DNA of 64,000 bases from Acutalibacteraceae bacterium (GCA_045544155.1 JAZPYN010000009.1:5940-69939); one strand, 5' to 3'. Positions 19,389 to 29,576 are shown, counted from the stretch's first letter. Notes: generated from the sequence alone by a model not told the origin. Numbers and translations are program-made.

Positions 19389-21053
19389 TCAGTCGAAGTA
19401 ATAAACTCTTGTTTCGTACGGTCTTGTTGTGAAGCCGTTGTCGCTTATGGGGTTACTTTCGTGGCTGCAGAGTATTGCCTTGCCCTTTGTGAGGTCGTAG
19501 CCCGCAGGAGCTGTGAACTTAACAGCCTTCTCGGTATATGAGCAGATTACGAGCAGCTTCTTTCCCTCATATGTACGCTCATATACATAAAGGTCCTTGC
19601 TTGATTTGTTGTACTCTTTATATGCACCGTGTATCGCAATCGGGTTTTCCTTTCGGAATTTTATGAGAGCCTTGTAGTGGTTGTATATAGAGTTGGGGTC
19701 AGCCATCTCGGCCTTTGAGTTGATTCCGTCCTTATAGTTGGGGTTTACGGGCATCCAGGGCTCGCCTGTTGTGAAGCCTGCATTCTCGCTGTCGTCCCAC
19801 TGTACGGGTGTACGTGCATTACCTCTGCTGGAGGTCTTAAGACGCTGTTTTGCCTTTTCCTCAGAAAAACCGAGCATACGCAGTGTCTTGTAGTTGTTGA
19901 TTGCAAAAACGTCCTGGTAGTCCTCAACTTCTGGCAGATGAATGTTTACCATACCGATTTCCTGACCCTGGTAGATAAAGGGTGTACCGCACTGAAGCAT
20001 ATATGAGTTTGCAATTGACTTGCCGCTTGCGTTTCTGTATTTTTCAGAGCCGTAGCGTGAAATAATTCTGGGATGGTCGTGGTTTTCCATATAGAGTGCG
20101 TTCCATGCCTTACCGTAAAGTCCGTCCTGCCACTTGGAAAAGGCACCCTTGAGTCTCTTGAGACTAAAAGGCATTGCCATGAAGTCTGTGAAGAGACAGT
20201 CAGCTTCCATATGCTGGAAGTGGAACATCATATCAAGCTCCATACCGTCGCCCTCTTTGATATATTTGAGAGCCTTTTTAGGTGTCATCATCGGTGCTTC
20301 GCCGACTACGAAGCAATCGTACTCGTTGAGGACCTCGCGGAACTCCTGTAAGTATTCATGGATATGCGGGCCGTCCATATAATGCTCCATACCGCAAGCC
20401 TGAGGAATGGGGAGACCGTTGGGCAGACCTTCACGCTTTGATACAAAGGTGATAACGTCTTCACGGAAGCCGTCAATGCCCATGTCAAGCCAGAAACGCA
20501 TAATATCCTTAACTTCCTGACGTACCTCGGGGTTATCCATGTTCAGGTCGGGCTGCTTCTTGGAGAAGAGGTGAAGGTAGTACTGTCCGTTTTCCTTGTT
20601 ATACTCCCAAGCCTTGCCCTCAAAGAGCGATGACCAGTTGTTGGGGCGCTTTTTGCCCTTGCCGTTACGCCAGATGTAGTAGTCGTGATATTTGCTGTTT
20701 TTGTCAATACCCTGTTTAAACCACTCGTGCTCATCTGAGGAGTGGTTGACAACAAGGTCCATAATTACCTTTATTCCGCGCTTGTGAGCTTCATCAAGAA
20801 CCTTCTTGAAAAGCTCGTTGTTGCCGTAGTCGGGGGATATGTTTCTGTAATCGGAAATATCGTATCCGAAGTCAGCGTTTGGTGAGCAGTAGAGAGGGGA
20901 GAACCATATGCAGGTTATGCCCAACTCCTGAAGATAGTCGAGCTTTGAAAGCACGCCTTCAAGGTCGCCTATACCATCGCCGTTGCCGTCGCAGAACGAA
21001 CGAGGCCATATCTGATAGCATACAGCGTCTTTGTACCAGTTGGTTTTTTTCAT
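19389..21053 (-). CDS. GH13 alpha-glucosidase / oligo-1,6-glucosidase
   Basis: 554-aa ORF containing the GH13 conserved regions DLVVNHSS, DGFREDV, VGEAP and MENHDHPR. Confidence 0.9.
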   Translation of the reverse strand: MKKTNWYKDAVCYQIWPRSFCDGNGDGIGDLEGVLSKLDYLQELGITCIWFSPLYCSPNADFGYDISDYRNISPDYGNNELFKKVLDEAHKRGIKVIMDLVVNHSSDEHEWFKQGIDKNSKYHDYYIWRNGKGKKRPNNWSSLFEGKAWEYNKENGQYYLHLFSKKQPDLNMDNPEVRQEVKDIMRFWLDMGIDGFREDVITFVSKREGLPNGLPIPQACGMEHYMDGPHIHEYLQEFREVLNEYDCFVVGEAPMMTPKKALKYIKEGDGMELDMMFHFQHMEADCLFTDFMAMPFSLKRLKGAFSKWQDGLYGKAWNALYMENHDHPRIISRYGSEKYRNASGKSIANSYMLQCGTPFIYQGQEIGMVNIHLPEVEDYQDVFAINNYKTLRMLGFSEEKAKQRLKTSSRGNARTPVQWDDSENAGFTTGEPWMPVNPNYKDGINSKAEMADPNSIYNHYKALIKFRKENPIAIHGAYKEYNKSSKDLYVYERTYEGKKLLVICSYTEKAVKFTAPAGYDLTKGKAILCSHESNPISDNGFTTRPYETRVYYFD

Positions 21054-21134
21054 TTTTGTTCAAGCTCCCTTCGAGTTTGATTATTAAATTTAATTATAGC
21101 AAATATATGAAAATATATCAATAGTTTAAACCAA

Positions 21135-21170
21135 TAAAAAGCGGATGTAAAGCGAGTACTTTACATCCGC
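21135..21170 (-). terminator. Intrinsic terminator after the large LRR protein gene
   Basis: GCGGATGTAAAG (21141-21152) pairs with CTTTACATCCGC (21159-21170). On the minus strand it is followed by TTTTTATT. Confidence 0.75.
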
Positions 21171-21177
21171 TGAAATT

Positions 21178-24100
21178 TTATTTTCTTCTGAAAAGCTTGG
21201 CAATAAAGTTTATTACGCTTGATATAGCACGCAGTGCATTGTTTGTAAGATTTGTAAAAAAGTCCTCAACCTTTTGTATAAATGTCTTTTCGGTGTCAAT
21301 ATCATCTGAGTCAATTACGTATTTGAAAGCATCATAATCGCCGCTTTCGAGCAACTCAAGCATTTCTTCAAAGGTTATGTTTTCCTGCGTGTCACCTTTA
21401 ACAACTGCAAGGTTTACGTAAAGATTTGTGAGCGTGAGCTGCTGTGCGCTCGAATCCGCACCTTCAAAGTCGGGCAGTATTATGTCGGGCTCAACACCGT
21501 CAAATACCAGCTTTTCAAAGTATATGTAGCTTGCATTAAGGTGCTCGGCAAGGAATTTGCTCAGGAAGCTGTACCGCGGTGCTGAGTAAACCGTAAGCTC
21601 GCCGTTGAAGCTGAGGATTTTTTTCTCTCCGTCAAAGCTTACAGTTATACAAGCGGCATTTTCGCTGCCTGCAACCGAAATAAGGCTGATGTTTTCCGAC
21701 GGGCATATAAACGTAAGGTTGGCAGCGTGTCCTTTAAGTGCAGTGTCTGCGATGCTTATATTGCTTGCGTGAGACGTAAATACACTGAGACTTTCGCATG
21801 AAGCAAATGCATTGTCTCCGACGCTTGTAACATTCTTTCCGAGATAAACCTCATTGAGCAACGGGCAGCCTGTAAATGCATTTGCAGGTATGTTTTCAAT
21901 GCCGTCATAAGCTTCAATATATCTAATACTGTCTTTAAAGCTGTACCAGCCGTATTCCTCAAAGCTTGCTTTTTCTTCAACGGTACCGTTGCCGCTTATT
22001 GTAAGCGTTCCGTTTATTTCGTTAAAGCTCCATTCGGTGTTTTCACCGCAGCTGCCCGTTACGGCACCGTAGTTAAAGTGGATTTCAGCGTTGAGTAAGT
22101 TTTGGTTGTACGCTTCGTATATGGTTATATTGTTCCAGCTTTCCTCTGAAGAAGTGTAGTAAATGCTTTTCAGATTTGCACAGTATGCAAATGCCATAGC
22201 GTCAATGCTGAGAATAGAGTCTGGAATAATGATGCTTTCAAGCTTTTCACAGCTTTGGAACGCTTTGACGGGGATGTTGACAAGTCCGTCGGACAGCTTG
22301 ATCGATTTAAGCTTTTTACAGCCTGAAAATGCTTCTATATCCCATGATACGACGGAGTCGGGCATATTAACGGCTTCAATTTCGGTGCATCCGTAAAAAG
22401 CGCTGCCTATGTCTGTAACCGAGTCGGGGATAATGATTTCTTCAGAAGAGCACATAGATGGTACAGTTATAAGAACGGTCTTTTTTTTGTCAAAAAGCAT
22501 ACCGTCTTCGTTACTGCTGAAGTAAGGATTACTTTGGCTGACTTCTATTTTTTCAAGCGATTTAACGTATTTGAAGTTGCTTTCAATTTCTTTTGTGTTT
22601 TCGGTAACGGTTATAGTTTTGAGTGCAGTAATATTGCCTCCTGCCTCAATTGTACCAAAAGGAGAGGATATGTTTTCTACCTCAGAAGGTACTGTGAAAT
22701 GTTCAAGCTCACAGCCTTGAGGATAGAGCACGAGAGTTTTCATATCCTTGCTGTAAAGTATGCCGTTTTCGTCGTTGCAGAAGTGCGTGTTTTCGGGTGA
22801 AACAGTTATTCTTTTCAGCCCGTTTGTGTTGTAAAAAGCAGGTGCATAGTTGTTGGAGGAGTGTGTTTCTTCAACACCTTTGCCTATGTATATTTCGCCT
22901 ATACGGCAGTTGTTGAAGGCGCAGCTCTCAAGTTTGGTTACCGTGTCAGGAATAGTGATGCTCTCAAAACTGCAGTTTTTAAAGACGTACCTGTCTATTA
23001 CTGTGATTGACGGTGAAATGTCAATAGTTTTAAGTGCGGTACAGCGCTCGAATGCATCTCTTGCAATTTTTTTGACATTTGTCGGTATTGTGTAGTGTGT
23101 CTGCGTATTTGTACTCGGGTATTTTATAAGCTCTGTTTTATCCTTGTTGAACAGTATACCGCTTTCGTCGCTTGAAAAAGCAGGATTTGCTGATGATACT
23201 TCGTATGGTGCATTCAGAATATCGCTGAGCGTAACAAGATACTCCGGAATGTATACTGACGTGATTTTGTAATTGTTAACATTTTTGAAGGCTTGGTCTG
23301 CAATTGCAATAACCGGACAGCCTGAGATTTTTTCGGGGATGATCAGCTCACCCTCAGCAGATGGGTCAACATAGGTTATTGTGGCTTTGCCGTCAGCTGT
23401 TTTGAATGTGAAAAAGCCTTCGGTTCCTCCAAGCGGAGCTTCATCCGGGTCAGCTGTGTTACAGTTGATCTCAAGGTCTGTCAGTGCGGTGTTGCCGCTG
23501 CTGATACTGATATTGTTCCATTGCTCCTGCGTGCCTGTGTAATTAACCGTTGAGAGCGAAGAGCATCCCTTGAATGCATCAACACTTATAGAGGTTACTG
23601 AGCGTGGAATGGTTATTTCTTCAAGTGCGGTGCAGTTCATAAAGGATTCGGTGCGTATGATCTCTACACCGTACGGAATCTTTACTGAAGCCGCGGGGTT
23701 GTTAGGGGGACAAAGTATGAGAAGCGTTTTAAACTCGTTATACAAAATACCGTTTGAGTCACTGCTGTATGCTGTGTTGTCTGCATCAACTGTAATTCTT
23801 TTTAGCTTTGTGCACTCTTCAAAGCAATATGTGTCTATTTGTGTTACCGATGCAGGAATCGATAACTCTTCAAGAGAAGAGGGCAAAGTTATGCTTTTGA
23901 GCGTAGTTATGCCGTCGGGGATTTGGTAGTCTTGTATCTTCAGCCTTTGGGGAAGTATGGTGATAAGTCCGTTGTTGCTGTCATATATAATGCCGTTTGC
24001 ATCAGCGAAGAAAACGGTGTTGTTATTTGAAACTGTTGCACTCTCAAGCCTTGTGCAGTAATCAAAAGCAGATATGCCTATTGAGTTTACACCCGCACCG

Positions 24101-24879
24101 ATATGTACTGTCTTCAGGCCGGAACCCTGAAAAGCATATCTTCCTATAGATTCAGTGCTGTCGGGTATTGTTATGCTCGAGAGTCTTGAGCAGGAGCGAA
24201 AGGATTCTTCGCCTATTACTTTTACGCTTTGCGGAATGGTTACTGCTTCAAGCTTTTTTGCGTCCATAAAAGCGTAGTTTGCAATATCCGTTACGCTGTC
24301 AGGTATGGTGTATGCGGTAATAGTGCTTGCAAGGGGATATTGAACGAGAGTTTTCATATCTTTTGTGAAAAGCACACCGTATTCGTCAGCCGTATAATAT
24401 TGGTTGCTGTCAGATACTGAGAACGCCGTTACGGACGTACCCGCGAATGCACGCTCGGTTATGTCCTTTAGCGTGTCGGGCAAATCAATATTTTTGAGAA
24501 GTTTGCAATCGTAAAAAAGGAAAGAGCCGAGCTTTTCCAAGCCGCTGTTAAGATTTATGCTTTCAAGCGCATTGCAATACTCAAAAGCCTCCATTCCTAT
24601 TTCACGTACGGTTGAGGGTACTGTTACCGAGGTTATATATTTGCAGAGTCTGAAAGCCTGCTCATCGATTACGGTTACGGGCAGCCCTTCAATCTGTTCA
24701 GGTATTGATATATCACCCGAAAGGGAAGTGTCACAGTCTGTTATTGTGATCTCATCTCTGATTACGGAATAAGTGAGATACTCTGTAATATCTTGTGCAT
24801 AAGCATAAAACGGCAGCATTCCCGCAAGCAGGAATGTTGCCGTAATTATCGAAACAGCTTTGGTGAAAAACTTATTCAT
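21178..24879 (-). CDS. Very large secreted BspA-type leucine-rich-repeat surface protein
   Basis: The ORF track opens at 24909, but I prefer the ATG at 24879 behind AAAGGAGA. That start gives the signal peptide MNKFFTKAVSIITATFLLAGMLPFYAYAQ. Dozens of IP.SV..IG..AF..C..L repeats. Confidence 0.8.
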   Translation of the reverse strand: MNKFFTKAVSIITATFLLAGMLPFYAYAQDITEYLTYSVIRDEITITDCDTSLSGDISIPEQIEGLPVTVIDEQAFRLCKYITSVTVPSTVREIGMEAFEYCNALESINLNSGLEKLGSFLFYDCKLLKNIDLPDTLKDITERAFAGTSVTAFSVSDSNQYYTADEYGVLFTKDMKTLVQYPLASTITAYTIPDSVTDIANYAFMDAKKLEAVTIPQSVKVIGEESFRSCSRLSSITIPDSTESIGRYAFQGSGLKTVHIGAGVNSIGISAFDYCTRLESATVSNNNTVFFADANGIIYDSNNGLITILPQRLKIQDYQIPDGITTLKSITLPSSLEELSIPASVTQIDTYCFEECTKLKRITVDADNTAYSSDSNGILYNEFKTLLILCPPNNPAASVKIPYGVEIIRTESFMNCTALEEITIPRSVTSISVDAFKGCSSLSTVNYTGTQEQWNNISISSGNTALTDLEINCNTADPDEAPLGGTEGFFTFKTADGKATITYVDPSAEGELIIPEKISGCPVIAIADQAFKNVNNYKITSVYIPEYLVTLSDILNAPYEVSSANPAFSSDESGILFNKDKTELIKYPSTNTQTHYTIPTNVKKIARDAFERCTALKTIDISPSITVIDRYVFKNCSFESITIPDTVTKLESCAFNNCRIGEIYIGKGVEETHSSNNYAPAFYNTNGLKRITVSPENTHFCNDENGILYSKDMKTLVLYPQGCELEHFTVPSEVENISSPFGTIEAGGNITALKTITVTENTKEIESNFKYVKSLEKIEVSQSNPYFSSNEDGMLFDKKKTVLITVPSMCSSEEIIIPDSVTDIGSAFYGCTEIEAVNMPDSVVSWDIEAFSGCKKLKSIKLSDGLVNIPVKAFQSCEKLESIIIPDSILSIDAMAFAYCANLKSIYYTSSEESWNNITIYEAYNQNLLNAEIHFNYGAVTGSCGENTEWSFNEINGTLTISGNGTVEEKASFEEYGWYSFKDSIRYIEAYDGIENIPANAFTGCPLLNEVYLGKNVTSVGDNAFASCESLSVFTSHASNISIADTALKGHAANLTFICPSENISLISVAGSENAACITVSFDGEKKILSFNGELTVYSAPRYSFLSKFLAEHLNASYIYFEKLVFDGVEPDIILPDFEGADSSAQQLTLTNLYVNLAVVKGDTQENITFEEMLELLESGDYDAFKYVIDSDDIDTEKTFIQKVEDFFTNLTNNALRAISSVINFIAKLFRRK

Positions 24880-24880
24880 A

Positions 24881-26167
24881 TCAGTTATCTCCTTTGAACA
24901 TAAGTCCAATCTCGATTGTAAACAAGCCGCTGCTGCAGCTCAGGTTTACAAATCCGTCATGTTTTTTGGCTACGGATTTTATGTTTGCTATTCCGAAGCC
25001 GTGGTTTGTTTTATCTTTTTTTGATGTTTTTACAGAGTTGTTTACTATTTCCACGTTGCCCGCAACGGGGTTGCTTACGGTTATGAGTACGCCGTTGCTT
25101 TGCTCTGCTGAGATTATGCTTATCGGCTTTTCAGCACCCTTCGGGCAGGCGGTTATAGCGTTGTCGAGCACGTTTGAGAGTATGGTGCATATGTCGTTGT
25201 TACTGATTTTGGCATAAGGTATCGTGCCGCTGAAATCAATTGTAATACTTTTTTCTGCTGCGTCTGTTGCCTTTGCCGTGATTATTGCATCAGCCAGGTA
25301 GTTGCCTGTTGCATACCGTGTTTGTGTAAGTGCAGGCAGGTCGTTCATTTTAGCAATAAACTCCTTGGCTTCATCGGTACGGTTTTGTTCAAGCAGCAGA
25401 TTTAAAGCAAAAATATTGTTGGTGTAGTCATGTCGGAATCGCCTTATATCTGCATTGTGCTTCATTATCTGTTCGTTATGTTCAAGCTGAGCGTTGAGCA
25501 TCATTTCGGTTTCCTTGTGCTTGTCCGAAAGCAGATAGTAACGGAATATAATGAAAGCTATGCAGGCAACCACGAGTACGGCTGAGAGTATCATAAGGAA
25601 GTTTGAAATGTCCTTTATGTATTCCGTGTTTGTCGCAAGGGTTACCGTATAGTAAGTTGAAAGGTCGGCAAGCAGAATTACCACGTAAACAATGGTCGGA
25701 ATGTTTTCGAAGAAGTTACGGGGCGGTATTACTTTTTGCTTTGCTTTTGCTATGCAGATTACGAGTATGCATGCTGCATAGAGTGCACAGAACAGCAGGG
25801 CAGTAACGGTTTGTGATGTTATTCCGAAGGTGGTCGTTATAATAAGTACCGCAAAGTCAGCCGTTGCGTTCATAATTATACCGAACAGCATAAAAGTCAG
25901 CTTCTTCTTTGATTTGAAGAGCAGATAAGGGAACAGGATAAAAGCACCGAGCGAAACAAAATCCGTTATATCTGCGGCAGATGTACTATCTTGTATAAGT
26001 ATGTGAGGCAGTACGCTTGCTGCGGTGAACAGTATGCCGGTTATTATTACTGCGGCCTTGCGTACGTTGAGTCTGTAGCCGAATATATCCTTGAGCATCA
26101 GTGTAACGGCAACTATTCCGAGTACGTTCTTACCAAGCTCGGTTATGCAGTTGAGAGCGGTTGTCAT
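24881..26167 (-). CDS. AgrC/ComD-type (HPK10) membrane sensor histidine kinase
   Basis: 428-aa ORF with about 6 N-terminal TM segments, H-box FRHDYTNN, N-box LSNVLDNAI and G-box NHGFGI. Confidence 0.8.
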   Translation of the reverse strand: MTTALNCITELGKNVLGIVAVTLMLKDIFGYRLNVRKAAVIITGILFTAASVLPHILIQDSTSAADITDFVSLGAFILFPYLLFKSKKKLTFMLFGIIMNATADFAVLIITTTFGITSQTVTALLFCALYAACILVICIAKAKQKVIPPRNFFENIPTIVYVVILLADLSTYYTVTLATNTEYIKDISNFLMILSAVLVVACIAFIIFRYYLLSDKHKETEMMLNAQLEHNEQIMKHNADIRRFRHDYTNNIFALNLLLEQNRTDEAKEFIAKMNDLPALTQTRYATGNYLADAIITAKATDAAEKSITIDFSGTIPYAKISNNDICTILSNVLDNAITACPKGAEKPISIISAEQSNGVLITVSNPVAGNVEIVNNSVKTSKKDKTNHGFGIANIKSVAKKHDGFVNLSCSSGLFTIEIGLMFKGDN

Positions 26168-26943
26168 TTGTCGTTATCCTCTTCGGTTTCGTTGTTGTGA
26201 GGCGGCTTGCAGTATTGCTTCGGCTTTGATGAAATCGGCTTTTTGAGCATTATCTCACAAAGCTGCGGGTATTTTTTGGGGCTTATAAAAAGCTTTGTGC
26301 CGTTGTCAAGCGTTACATATTTGCTGTTGTAGGTTTTAATGTGGGCTAAGTTTATTATAAATGAGCGGTGGATTCGGAAAAAACGGAAGGGAGTCAGCTC
26401 ATCTTCAAACGAAGCTATTGTTTTGTGGCATTTGAATGTGCCCTGCTTTGTGTGAACAAAGGTGTTTTTGAGAGAGACCTCAAGGTAGTATATATCACTT
26501 GTTCTGAATACCTGTGCTTCATCGTTGGTTTTGATTACTACTGTACCGTTTGCCGCATTTGAGCTTATATATTCGTCAAGTGCTTCAAACAGCTTTTCGC
26601 GGTTTATCGGCTTTTTAAGGAAGCGGTGAGCCCTTACCTCAAACGCTTCGTATACAAATTCGTCGTACGCGGTAATAAAAATTATATTTTTTTCCGCACC
26701 GTGTTTCTGACGTATAAGCCTTGCAAACTCCATACCGTCCGTTTCGCCCTTTTTGCCGCTTACGTCGTCCATTTTGTAGTCAAGCAAAAATACGTCAAAA
26801 TCATCGGTCCTCTTGATGATATCTCCGTAACTTTCGAAAGTTTCAAAGGTGATCTTTACCGTTGACCTGTCTGCGTAATCGCAGAGCATTTCGCAAACAA
26901 GTTCGCGTATTGTTTTGTCGTCGTCGCAGACCGCAATATGCAT
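26164..26943 (-). CDS. LytTR-family (AgrA-like) response regulator
   Basis: The receiver domain starts MHIAVCDDD, so I prefer the ATG at 26943 to the track start at 26955. The C-terminus has LytTR features (FFRIHRSFIINL). The stop overlaps the kinase start. Confidence 0.8.
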   Translation of the reverse strand: MHIAVCDDDKTIRELVCEMLCDYADRSTVKITFETFESYGDIIKRTDDFDVFLLDYKMDDVSGKKGETDGMEFARLIRQKHGAEKNIIFITAYDEFVYEAFEVRAHRFLKKPINREKLFEALDEYISSNAANGTVVIKTNDEAQVFRTSDIYYLEVSLKNTFVHTKQGTFKCHKTIASFEDELTPFRFFRIHRSFIINLAHIKTYNSKYVTLDNGTKLFISPKKYPQLCEIMLKKPISSKPKQYCKPPHNNETEEDNDK

Positions 26944-27084
26944 ATTATAATACATCCTTTCGACATAATATAATAATTATATTGTATTTTTTATACGTTT
27001 TCAAGCATTAAAAATTTTAAAAGCAACTTTTCATACCCCTAAAATCGCTTTCTGTACCTTTTGACGGTTTTTGTCATTTTTTTG

Positions 27085-27093
27085 TGCTATAAT
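27085..27093 (+). promoter_or_regulatory. Extended -10 (TGCTATAAT) upstream of the PPC/LRR protein gene
   Basis: TGnTATAAT lies 60 nt upstream of the ATG at 27153, with no good -35 at 17 nt. Confidence 0.45.
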
Positions 27094-27152
27094 GTCGGCA
27101 AATTACGTGTTTGCTTTAAAACGCAAAAACAATTGACTCGGGAGGTAAAATT

Positions 27153-28535
27153 ATGAGAAGAATCACATCTTTTTTTATTGCGGGCATTTTACTGATAACA
27201 TGCTTTAATTTTGCTGTCAATGCCGCCGGCACAAGTATGGACAACGCGACACCGATAAACTTCGGCTCAAGCTATTCGGGTACAATTACAGACAGCGATT
27301 GTGATCATTATTATAAATTCACACTTTCATCTTCTGGCAGAATTGATCTGCGTTTTTCAGGTGACATCGGAAGTGCATATCTGTATGTTTATTCTGCTGA
27401 CGGAGATCTGATTTGGAATGACGATGATGCCATAGCAGGTTATAATCAGGCAACATTGAATTACACTGATACATTGGATCTGGCATCGGGTACATATTAT
27501 TTTCATGTGCACGAACGTTATAGCGGTTGTACCGGTAACTACAGCTTTACGATGAATTATACAGATGCAAAAGAAAGCTTTAAAGATATATACGGCGGTG
27601 CAGATAATTTCATCGAGTATGCAAATGATATATCGTTTAATCAAAAATATAACGGACAGATAGCAATCGGAGACAAGGATGATTATTATGCTTTCACTCT
27701 TTCATCGTCCGGCAGAATAAATCTTCAGTTTTCAGGTAATATCGGAAGTGCATATCTGTATATTTATTCTGCTGACGGAGACCTAATTTGGAATGACGAT
27801 GATGCCATAGCAGGTTCTAATCAGGCAACATTGAATTATAAAGATACATTGGATCTGGCATCAGGTACATATTATTTTCATGTGCACGAACGTTATAGCG
27901 GCTGTACCGGTAACTACAGTTTCAGCATATCGAACGACTCAACGCCTCCCCCTGCCGAACATAATACTACACCTTCTGTCGACCGTCCCACACAATCGCC
28001 CGATAGCGATCCCATCTACGATGCTCCCGAGGATGTAACCGATCCGCCTGTCGACATTGTCGAACCGGATGATGACTACATAATCCCTGACACCGATTCC
28101 GATATAGATATTACCATCAATATCTATCTTGATTTTGAGTATACGGTTATCAATAATTACGTTGTTATTGTCAACTATATCGGCGGCGACACATATGTCA
28201 CTATTCCGGAGTATATTGAAAACTATACCGTTATCGGCGTAGGCAAGCGTGCCTTTAAGGATAAAGGGGTTCAGACCGTCAATATTCCCTCTACCGTTAC
28301 TCAGTTCGGTGCTGAGGCATTTGATGATGAAGTAGTGCTCGAGTGTATCTCAGGCTCCGCAGCTGAAACTTATGCACTGAACAACGGCTTTGCTCATACT
28401 TTGACAAGCAACGAGATTGATGACAACCCGAGTCCCATAGGTCCGATAATACTTGTAGCGGCTGTTGTTGTTATTGTAGCTGTTGCAGGCGTAGTCGCCG
28501 TTATCATAATCGGCAAGAAAAAATCTGTTGCATAA
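27153..28535 (+). CDS. Secreted protein with two pre-peptidase C-terminal (PPC)-like domains, a BspA-type LRR segment and a C-terminal TM anchor
   Basis: 460-aa ORF with a signal peptide, a duplicated domain (DxYYxFTLSSSGRI...YLY.YSADGDLI), a Pro/Asp-rich linker, LRR-like IPEYIENYTVIGVGKRAF, and a hydrophobic tail followed by KKK. Confidence 0.7.
   Translation: MRRITSFFIAGILLITCFNFAVNAAGTSMDNATPINFGSSYSGTITDSDCDHYYKFTLSSSGRIDLRFSGDIGSAYLYVYSADGDLIWNDDDAIAGYNQATLNYTDTLDLASGTYYFHVHERYSGCTGNYSFTMNYTDAKESFKDIYGGADNFIEYANDISFNQKYNGQIAIGDKDDYYAFTLSSSGRINLQFSGNIGSAYLYIYSADGDLIWNDDDAIAGSNQATLNYKDTLDLASGTYYFHVHERYSGCTGNYSFSISNDSTPPPAEHNTTPSVDRPTQSPDSDPIYDAPEDVTDPPVDIVEPDDDYIIPDTDSDIDITINIYLDFEYTVINNYVVIVNYIGGDTYVTIPEYIENYTVIGVGKRAFKDKGVQTVNIPSTVTQFGAEAFDDEVVLECISGSAAETYALNNGFAHTLTSNEIDDNPSPIGPIILVAAVVVIVAVAGVVAVIIIGKKKSVA
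27249..27935 (+). repeat. Tandem in-frame duplication (375-bp period) encoding the two PPC-like domains
   Basis: TTC at 27318 and TTC at 27693 are equivalent codons, an offset of 375 nt. The stretches from about 27363 and 27738 onward are nearly identical over roughly 190 nt, with about a dozen differences by eye. Confidence 0.85.
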
Positions 28536-28552
28536 ATAAAGAGGTAAGTTTT

Positions 28553-29533
28553 ATGAAAAAGATTATAATAACAGTGCTGTGTGCAGCGTTGGCGATATCC
28601 GGTGCTGCGACAGCAGCAGTGTTTATGCTTATGGGCGATAAGACCGCATCAATGCTTGAAGATGGTTGTTGGATAAGCGATGCGTCTTATATGCTTGACG
28701 ATGTTGAAGACTACGGTCTCGGCTTTGTATTCAAACCCTATGATAAAGAATCGGGCGTTGCCGTTTCTCTTGACAGAGAAGAATTTCCTTACGTTATCCG
28801 CGACGGTGTGATAATGATGTTCAGATACAACGTTGATGATGGATGTTATGACCATATGTTCAACGCACGTATCGAAAAACCTGAGGCTCAGTATATGGAG
28901 GGTTATTATTTGATTATTACACCTGCTAAAGCAGGCTGTGATTATATAAATGTGTGGCCTCCCGAAGAGGCGAGTGACGTGTATCTTCGCCATATCGAAA
29001 GAAATTCCGATACGGATTTTACTATCAAGTGCTACTTCGACTATTGGAGCTCGGTTCAGAACGATAAAACACGCTACACCAACGGCTTCTCACGTGGCGG
29101 CTTTACGGCAAACGGTGCCGAGTATAAGGCTTTCCGTGAAGAGCTGTTGAGCCTCGACCGTAATATCGTAATATACGAGTTTCTGAATCAGACTGTTGAG
29201 TTTGACGACAGTTACGGTAATATGAAGGGCTTTTACTACGATATGTATGATGAAAAGTGGTATTATACTCCGGGTAGCTTGTCGCATTATGATGAAAGCG
29301 ATGCTATGAATATCAGCTTTGCACACACAGGCGTGTTATCATCAACAGGCTGTGAGGGTGAGTATGAATACGATGCTTCACTTGATGCGCTGGTAAAGAG
29401 CGACTCAAGTAATGCCGCTTTCTACCGTGTTACAAGCTTTTCCGATAACGATATCGTACAGCCGCTCTCTTCCGAACAGCAGATGATGCTTGATGAGGCA
29501 ATAACAAAAGCAGAGCTTTCGACTATCGATTGA
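28553..29533 (+). CDS. Secreted/membrane-anchored hypothetical protein
   Basis: 326-aa ORF with the N-terminal hydrophobic signal/anchor MKKIIITVLCAALAISGAATAAVF. No family recognised. Confidence 0.55.
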   Translation: MKKIIITVLCAALAISGAATAAVFMLMGDKTASMLEDGCWISDASYMLDDVEDYGLGFVFKPYDKESGVAVSLDREEFPYVIRDGVIMMFRYNVDDGCYDHMFNARIEKPEAQYMEGYYLIITPAKAGCDYINVWPPEEASDVYLRHIERNSDTDFTIKCYFDYWSSVQNDKTRYTNGFSRGGFTANGAEYKAFREELLSLDRNIVIYEFLNQTVEFDDSYGNMKGFYYDMYDEKWYYTPGSLSHYDESDAMNISFAHTGVLSSTGCEGEYEYDASLDALVKSDSSNAAFYRVTSFSDNDIVQPLSSEQQMMLDEAITKAELSTID

Positions 29534-29576
29534 CAGAATATCTGAAAATTGTCAATAAATATTAGGTCGCAACTTA

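Noticed and set aside
26944-27152. AgrD-like pheromone micro-ORFs (for example MKSCF and MTKTVKRYRKRF on the minus strand) and LytTR-type direct repeats (TTTTCAAGC / TTTTCATAC) in the intergenic region next to the AgrC/AgrA-like pair
   Set aside because: The micro-ORFs are 5 and 12 codons long and lack a properly spaced RBS. No AgrB-like processing enzyme is present. The two 9-mers are about 33 nt apart start to start rather than the roughly 21-22 nt typical of LytTR sites, and they match only loosely.
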